A stretch of DNA of 64,000 nt from Octopus vulgaris (lineage: Eukaryota), in NCBI GenBank assembly GCA_951406725.2, contig OX597815.1:98518001-98582000 (forward strand), read 5' to 3'. Positions 54,964-64,000 of the stretch are shown here, in pieces. A program made the translations under genes and the position numbers. Within the stretch, counting starts at the first letter, position 1; every line of letters starts with the position of its first letter. Under the pieces are notes generated by a model. It was given only the letters and a program-made list of their open reading frames with translations. It did no database searches and had not been told where the DNA came from.

Positions 54964-55293
54964 GCGTGCGTGTGTACCCATATATTTTAAACGTCCTTGT
55001 TTAAGTTAAGAGCGTATTACATAGGCTTATAACTAATGCCAGAGAAAGAAAGAGAGAGAGAGAGAGGTGGAGGGAATTAGGGAGCAATAAAGGAAACAGA
55101 AATCCAACTGGGCTCTCGTTATGAATTTTCAGTGAATTAATCAATATCAGTTTCTAATTTTATATGGAAATCTGTGCTGCACTGGTACTTTTTATTTTAC
55201 CGAAAATGTTGATCTCGGCGGATTTCGAACTCAAACCTTGATGCAATTATTCCCGACAATCGACCGATTCTGCCAATCTACAGTTCTTATAAT

Positions 55294-55721
55294 CTTTTCT
55301 AATCTAGGAACAAGGCCCGGAATTTTGGGGGAGGGGACAGTCGATTAGACCGATCCCAGTACGCAACTGGTATTGAATCTACCGATCTCGGAAGGATGAA
55401 AGGCAAAGACGACCTCGGCTGAATTTGAACTCAGAACGAAAAGACAGACGAAATATCGCTAAGCATTTCGCCCGCCGTGCAAACGTTTCTTATTTCTTTA
55501 TTGCCAAAAGCGTCTAAACATAGAAGGGACAAACAAGAACAGACAAAGGGATTAAGTCGATTACATCCACCCCAATACGTAACTAGTACTTAATTTATCG
55601 ACCCCGAAAGGATGAATGGCAAAGTCGACCTCGGCGGAATTTGAACTCAAAACGAGCTGCAGACGAAATACCGCTAAGCATTTTGCCCGGCGTGCTAACG
55701 ATTCTGCCAGCTCGCCGCCTT
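55294..55721 (-). mobile_element. Dimeric SINE (family A) with ~18-bp TSD
   Basis: ATCYACAGTTCTTATRAT at 55276-55293 and 55722-55739; two head-core units with different tails. Confidence 0.9.
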
Positions 55722-56933
55722 ATCCACAGTTCTTATGATAAGAAATCGACAATACACGTAAATAGATTGAAACAAGAATAGTTTAAATATTTATCTGGGG
55801 CAGATATTGCCAGCTATGAGGCGAGAAACTACAATATTATCTACTTAATCTCACCATTGGGATGTTCTTAAATAATTTACTTGTACAATTGAAATATATT
55901 ATTTGGTCTGCACAACTTGGCATAACGAATACTAACATTATTCTTGTCTAATTACTTGATTTCTATATCTCCAGGGCTATTGAAATTTATTTACACATGG
56001 ATTTCAAACAAGTTTTTTCTTGCTTTTAACAAATCGGCACAAACTGGATATTTGTTGGTTAGTTCCGGTTACAGTCAATAATTGTAAATTTTCCCTAAAG
56101 GTGAAAATAAATTGCAGAAAACGGAAGAAAATAAATAATCAAAGATAGAAAAAAAAAACAGAAAGAAAATTAATTTACTGATGACTTTTTCTTATGAAGT
56201 CTTTGTTTGTTATATATTTGGGAGAATTTTATATACATACATATACATATATGTATGTGTTTATGTATGCATATATATATGTCTACATATATATGTACAC
56301 ACACACACGCACACACCTATATATATGTGTGTGTCTGTGTGTATGTATGTATGTATGTATGTATGTATACATGCATGTCTCAGGACAGGCGAAATCAAAT
56401 GAATGAAACAAGTAAAATAAAAGAATATACATATATATATATACACATACACATATAAACATGCATATATATATATATATATAAACATTTATACATACAC
56501 ACATACACGCACATAAATGCTTGTTTTTATGATTTTTATCAATACTTTGCCAACAGCTTCTAGATATTAATGACATAAATTGTTTTGTCTGTAAGAACAA
56601 TTTAATTAAATTCAACGTATTTAACACGGTAATGCTCAACTAGATTCAGTAAATGCCTTGGAAATTTTAAGGTAATACAAGTGAGTGTTGCATTTAATCT
56701 ATACATTATTTCCCTCCGTAAAAGGTTTGAGGAATATAATGTGACTGACGAAAATTTGTAGCTCTGACAAAAATATGATAGTATCGAAAACAAATTTGAA
56801 TTTTGTTAATACTAATTAAATACAGAATTAGGAGCCTTAACCTATGCAGTAGTTTTAAGGGCTAAATATATCAGCGCAAAATTTAGTTGGCCTTGATTAA
56901 ATTTATATAGATATGTGTGTGTGCGTGTGTGTG

Positions 56934-56991
<58 letters not shown>

Positions 56992-57087
56992 TATATACAT
57001 ATATATATATACATATTATATACACACACGCGCGCACATACACATACGCACACATAGACGCACACGTACACACACACATGCACACAT

Positions 57088-57167
<80 letters not shown>

Positions 57168-59211
57168 CTATGAAATGTATAATTCAAAATATCGTTAACA
57201 GTATGATCATCCAAAGAGCACATTCTCCTCTAATAGACTCAGCCCCTGTAAAGGGGGTGAAAATAGCTACAATTCTACTGGTCGATAAGCAACTATGGTT
57301 CAGTTTGACGTCATAGCCTACGACAATCACCAGTGTCTCACTGAGCATTTTCATCGGAAATATCAACGCTGAATTCGAAAGAATTAATCATTGATGCTCC
57401 AATCCTTCATAACTTCATCACTCAATCATCAGGTGTGATATAAATCTGTAAAAACGGGAATAAATATAAAACTCATGTAGCAAATTATCTAAACTTGATG
57501 ATTTCCCATTTATTCAAGTACACACTACTTCCCGTTTCTCAGATACCTTTATTGGCTTTCCGTGAAGATACACCTCTTGCCCTAAGAATCATAGCAGGTG
57601 ATAAAGGCGACACTCAAGAAAAATACTGCTCCAAAATTGAACTTATTTACTTATTAAGCCTGCTCTTATTTTATGCGTCAAAGCCGAATTGCGGTTTTGT
57701 TGCATGTTGCGTTCTGTAAACCAAGCTCATCATGTTTTAGAGCACACAGTTTTTACATTTCCTGTGCCGAGCGAAATAAATGGGGAAACGCTATTTTTTG
57801 TTAATAGCAATCTGGATGGGATGCCTTAATTAATAGTCACCTCAAGTGTACCTATTTCTTCCCTCTGTCAAATCTAACCAAATCTGAATTGCATTAAACA
57901 CATCAGATATTGTTTATGATTTACCCACCCAATTTGCACTTAACTAACTCGCTAACGCAGGATCCCTCATTTCAGCAGCAGAGCGTAAAACTCCCATTCA
58001 CCCAACCCCTTATCATACTTAAATTGATCTTATAGATCACATACTTGTGGTTTATGTAACCAGTAATTGAAATTATGTAGCAGTATTCAAATATTCCGTT
58101 TGTGTCTTTAGTTCAGAGCTTTTGTGCTATTGTTGGCATTTGCGTGACTTACCATTTTGGGCTATGGAGCTATTTTTTTCTCCTTTTATGAGTTTATGCA
58201 GCTTCCATTTCCATTTTCAGTATGTCTTTAGTTTCCGTTACCTTTTCTATTGTTTTCTTCTTGTCTAATTCTATTTCTTTCTAAATACAGTTGGCTTCTC
58301 TTTTGTAATTTACAGTTTACGTTTCTTTCTAGAAATATCTTTTTCCTTATATTTCGTTACGAAGCTAATCAGATTTTCTTTGCTTCTAAATATTTTGTTA
58401 GGCTCACTGTCATCACTTTGTAATGGGTTTTCTATTTGTATCAAACCCTTTATTACTTCTGCGTGGAGTAAGTATATCCGATCTACATCGTCGTTACAGA
58501 ATTGGAGTGGTGGTGTGGGATCGAGAGAATGCTGTTTTCATAACTAAGCTCTTTAATTCACTTACCGAAAATGTTTCTTTTCCTTACTGAAGTGATTTCA
58601 ATTGATTAAAAATTATTTTGACCTCACTCCTTCAATTACCCATAATATCTCCATGCCAGAGGCGTTGCTGAGAATTTCTTCAATTTATTACATTGAAGAT
58701 GAAGTTTATAACTGGCATGCTAGTGTATTCATAACTATTCTCTAATGTATAGCATTAATTTTAGTTTTCAATGTTAGTTTGACTTTCCGGCATCTTTGTT
58801 TTCTAATTTTCTTACTCATATCTATGCAAAGTATCTTATCGGTTTCATCTACTCTTAAGTACTTCCAAGGATACTTTTCTTCTGTTGTCAGTGTCTAAAT
58901 ATGATTTAATAGTCCCAGTGTTAATGAATTCCTTTCTAAGAATAGTTTGGTGTATGTCTAACAAACAACTCTTCTGGATATGCGGATTGAATTCATCTGC
59001 GGTTTTTAGTACATTCTTCAACAGATATTGCCATTCTTTTTTGTAAATAATTTTAAAACACCCATAAATATACACGTGCATACATATATGTATATACACG
59101 CACAAGCAAAAGTATTCAAAATATATATGTATGTGTGTGTGTTTGTGTGCCTGAATATGTGTATGCATATACACACATATATGTCTGCATTAATACATGT
59201 ATACATTCATA

Positions 59212-59263
<52 letters not shown>

Positions 59264-59545
59264 AAATAAGAGAAATACCTCTTTTGATAGTATTCTACTT
59301 TCATAATTAGAAGCTTATAAATTAATTTATAAACATCTAAGTATTGAAGTGCAAAAATTATGAGAGAAGCTATTTCTATTCATTTTTACAAATATAATGC
59401 TATACCAAGGACTTTCTATATGTAATTCTATTAAGCATATATACATCCATCTATCCATACATATATACATACATACATGCATACATACATACATACATAC
59501 ATACATACATACATACATACATACATACATACATACATACATACA

Positions 59546-59580
<35 letters not shown>

Positions 59581-60560
59581 GACTGTATCGGCGTGACCGC
59601 ACTCTCCTGCGAACATCTGGATTCCTTCTCCTTTGTCTAAGTTTTCCATCCTGTTCTTGATTTTTTCTGCATCATCCTCCGAGCCATCCGACGGCTCCAG
59701 TCCCTCCACACCATACATCTTTCCTAACCTACCTCTTCCCTCCTTCAAACGAGCCCATAACCTGCATGACATCCTAGTTCACAATTTCTTCCCTACCCTG
59801 CCTTCCAGCCTGGCTCCTTCCCCTGATCTCGCCCACGCTTTCGCATCTGCCCTTACCTATCCAACATCACCCTCCTCACTAGCACCCATCACCGTCCCAA
59901 TCACCTAACCGACCTCTTTATCAGCACCTCCAGTAATGTTATGTACTGCATCTCCTGCTCTCTTTGGCCTTCCCTGCACATTGGTCAAATGGGATGCCAC
60001 TTAGCCGACCGGTTTGCAGAGCACCTCTAGAATATCTGTCTGTGTTCGAACTGTCTCTAGGGCTACCCGGACTTCTGCTTTTGCCATGTACAGGAATTAA
60101 TTTCTCTTCGTTCCTTTGCGCCATATGGGCTCAGCTCACTATCTCTCTTCATCTGACAGCAAACCCACGGATTACCACACACCTCCCTCATTCAACTGCC
60201 CCCACTTATACACCAGCATAACGCCTTCCTCAGTACATTCAGAACACAGACACCACTATACAAACACCGATGCACACGGTCCAACTCATTACTCACTTCA
60301 CACACCATTACATACGCAACCATAAACACCTTCCCACTCCACAAACACAAGCACCAAACACTTCTCAGTACACACACCACACACCATTATCCACACATCT
60401 ACACAATTATCTACACACCCACACACTAGCTTCACACATATGCACACGTCCATACGTATGCACACATACACACTTACCGACACATACGTACTCACACACA
60501 TGCCACCGTTCACACATACTCACACACACCATTCCCACATACACACACGTGCTTAATGTT
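59581..60560 (+). mobile_element. Penelope-like element 3' remnant (GIY-YIG endonuclease + CA-rich trailer)
   Basis: IFPNLPLPSFKRAHNLHDILVH, then 59911-60030 TSSNVMYCISCSLWPSLHIGQMGCHLADRFAEHL* (degenerate VIY...YIG). Confidence 0.85.
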
Positions 60561-62267
60561 CTTACACCTGTCTTCGTCTATTTTCTTGATATTTCGGCTG
60601 GTTATACTCGAGATTGCTCCAATCTGGCCAGCCTCAAGGAAAAACTAATCTAAGAGCACTAGATTCCTTAGAAGAAAGCAGTGAATGTATACGAAAACAA
60701 GGACGGAATGAAACGGAGAAATGGTACACAAATACAAATAACAGGACATTAAAAACGGGTGTCTTTCGACTAAGGACGAATTAAATTAAGCTGGCGTGTG
60801 TGGAAGTAAAGCCTTACGGCAGGGACATGGACGAATATAGATGTTGCACGGATGGTAACCAAAGGTAATATAGAATGCACACCATCACAATGTTATGCAA
60901 TGATATCGAAATAAAGACTTTTTAAACCAAAGAATAAATCACATGGGGTGCAGCTTATGCAATGTTTTTCGTTAATTCATGTTCAATTTTTATTTATCTT
61001 TTCTGATTCCGGTGTTGAGTTTCAAATTACAACTTCCGAATGCCCAGAGACCAGTAAGTGGATTTCTGATGTCCTTCCCATGACAGGAATGTCATCACTC
61101 TTGTTTGTTGGACAGAAGTGTTTTCGAGTCATTCAATATCAACTTACCACATCCAATTGAACGAAACGGAGCTGGATCAAGTTCTGTCTCGCATCCGAGC
61201 AACAAAACCACCACCAAAGTTTCTCTGCAGTTTCATTGATGGAACGTACATTTCTCTGACGTCTTTACTACCACAATGATTACAAGCCAAGTCAGAGCAC
61301 CCCAATCTCCCGGCAACCACTTCAATTGGTTCGGAATAAATCCGCTCGTATTGACATCTGTAATACTCGGCTAGAATTATGTGGGATATCTTTCTGTGAG
61401 TTTCACGTGGACGGTAGAAATTGAATTGATTGTACTTGACGAAGTGTTGTTTGTATGGAGGGATCAGATACATTATTTAAAGTGTCTTCTATGTTGTTTT
61501 CCACAATATTTGATTTGTTGTAATATGTGCATATTTATTTATTTATACATTTTACTTCTTGTGCGAAACGCGAAAGTTTTTTCCCCACGAGAGCTCGGGA
61601 CCCCAGAAAGGAACTCATTTGCATACAGCCAATCAGAGCTCACCTGGACTGGTGTCGTAAGTCGAACGTTCGTCAAGTTATGCCTGATTTTAGAAGGAGA
61701 CAAATAATTAGATAGATTTGCATCTGTACCTAATATCGGATTTTGTTTCGGCACCACATGGTAAAGATGTGGATGGGGAAAATGTGGGTAGAGGGTGATG
61801 TGCTAGCAACCCTCTCTCTTTACTCCTTTAACAAAGTAAACAACGACACAAATAATTGCGCAGAGGCAGCCAAGGTTGCACAATTTATATCTTGGTTGGC
61901 GGATTTGGTAGTATTTCCGAATATAGTCACTCCTCATGTGTTGCCTTCCACTTTTTTGGTATCTATGAGTGAGGACACATTATCTATATATTTGTATTTA
62001 TATTTTTGAGCAGTAGGTTGTTTTCCTGCAGTTTTCTTCCATTATTGTTATGCATAATCGTATCTCGTTTCTGAATTGCAGGATCCCCAGTCAATGTAGA
62101 GATGTGCGTTTTTATGCTTCGATCTCGATAAAACAAAGTGCCACTCAAGTATTGAAAATCGATTTCATCAATTGATTGTATTTTATCTTCTTTTGTTGTT
62201 GTTATTGCTGTTCTTTTTAATCTTCTTATTCTTATTCTTCCACTTCTTCTTCTTCATCTTCTTCTAC

Positions 62268-62337
<70 letters not shown>

Positions 62338-62350
62338 CATTATTATTATT

Positions 62351-62871
62351 GAGTGAGAGAGCAGTGCATGCCATGAAAGTGACTCTGGGGTAAAATATGC
62401 GAAGCCTAATATACCCATCATGACTACCCGTCTGATAAGTGTACACCAGGCACACGCATCTCAAACATATGTGCGCGACATGGTGATCTCATATCAAGAT
62501 AAAAAGCGCATGACCTCGCAGGTCTTCAGATCAAGTAGCTCATCCTGCTCAAAAGGTCCCTGATTAAGTTTTGTTTAAGAATGGTGAATAAAACACTCAT
62601 GTTTCCAAAGGTGAATTATCCAAACCTCCAAGAATTCCTTTCAACACGCGGCTATGATGCTCCCCCACTACTTCTGCTCGTGATCAGAGATGCACATATC
62701 GTCAGCCACCAAGGAACATGCTCAATTGGTTAAGGTCAAACAACCGGCAAGCAAATCTGTGGTATAGAGCAGAATATTTGCTGTAGCCTATCTTTTTATA
62801 CCAAGACAAAACAATGTACATGATAACACTTCCAATCAATTTAGATCAGAAACCACGAGAGCCACTGTCTG

Positions 62872-62872
<1 letters not shown>
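62351..62872. mobile_element. Unclassified ~520-bp non-coding insertion within a (TTA)n tract
   Basis: Higher-GC unique sequence with sharp borders and (TTA)n on both sides; no TIRs or ORF seen. Confidence 0.55.
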
Positions 62873-62928
<56 letters not shown>

Positions 62929-62932
62929 GTTA

Positions 62933-62979
<47 letters not shown>

Positions 62980-62981
62980 TA

Positions 62982-63077
<96 letters not shown>

Positions 63078-63079
<2 letters not shown>

Positions 63080-63420
63080 GGCAGCGACCTGGTAGAATCG
63101 TTAACACGCCGACCAAAATACTTAGCGGCATTTCGTCCGTCTTCATGTTCTAAGTTGAAATTACGCCGAGGTCGACTTTGCCTCTCATCCTTTCAGGGTC
63201 GCTAAATTAAACAGCAGTGAAACACTGGGGTCGATGTAATGGACTTGTCCTCGTCCCCGAAAATTTCAGGCAGCGTGCCTTTAGTAGAAAGGAGTGTCAT
63301 TATTATTATCGACTTAGCCTTTCATCCTTTTGGGGTCGACAAAACAAGTACCAGCTGAGCATTTGGGTCGATGTAATCAACTTAACCCACTGGCCTTGTA
63401 CCAAAATTTGAAACCATTTA
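63078..63420 (+). mobile_element. SINE (family A) plus partial second unit
   Basis: GGCAGCGACCTGGTAGAATCG head; GCCGAGGTCGACTTTGCCTCTCATCCTTTC core. Confidence 0.85.
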
Positions 63421-63481
<61 letters not shown>

Positions 63482-63539
63482 ACTGCTACCGCTACAACTG
63501 CTACTAGTAGTAGTAGTTGTAGTAGTAACTGTATTATTA

Positions 63540-63616
<77 letters not shown>

Positions 63617-64000
63617 CAGTAGTAGTAGTAGTTGTAGTAGTAGCAGCAGCAGTAGCAGTATTTGTAGTAGTAGTAATAGTAGTCGTATCGTGTGGAAGTT
63701 ATATTCCTTTGCACTCTGAGCACATATGCTGCCGGAGTTTGTGTTTTTATGCATTTCATCCCCCGAGGGTCAGTTTCATCGGATGTTCCCCTGCAGAAGA
63801 AAAACTTGGCAACCCACCAGTTTGAAAAAATCATTACCGTTACTGTTGCCCTTTTTCTGCATTTATACTGCTGTTGCTGTTAGGTTGTGGCGGCTCGGTG
63901 CTACTGTCGTTATTGCTATCGTTCTTAATGATAATGCTGCTGCTGCTGCTGCTGATGATGATGATGGTGGTGGTGGTGGTGATCAAGAGAATTATGAGGA

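Noticed and set aside
62820-62866. U2 snRNA-like 5' end on the minus strand
   Set aside because: Similarity is gapped and short; the branch-site motif GTGTAGTA is not intact.

Overview
AT-rich, microsatellite-saturated eukaryotic non-coding DNA with no supportable host protein-coding gene. The SINE families and repeat landscape look like octopus/coleoid cephalopod DNA (inference from recalled repeat families, not a database search). Almost all tracked ORFs are microsatellite artefacts. Real coding remnants are all transposon-derived: three Penelope-like (PLE) fragments, CR1-, RTE- and R4/Dong-clade LINEs, four Tc1/mariner relics, a non-autonomous Helitron and many SINEs. Best lead: a non-coding 567-bp unit at 11141-12235 carrying a type I hammerhead ribozyme (HHR), arranged as a partial tandem plus an inverted 5' arm; a diverged copy at 12957-13470 supports the fold by covariation (retrozyme / non-autonomous PLE-like system). 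Several other HHR families also occur. Other leads: a candidate -1 ribosomal frameshift in a PLE 5' region, a ~1.7-kb inversion splitting one R4 LINE, an old ~3.5-kb palindrome, and recurrent fold-back duplications. All alignments and folds were done by eye, so coordinates of degraded elements are approximate.
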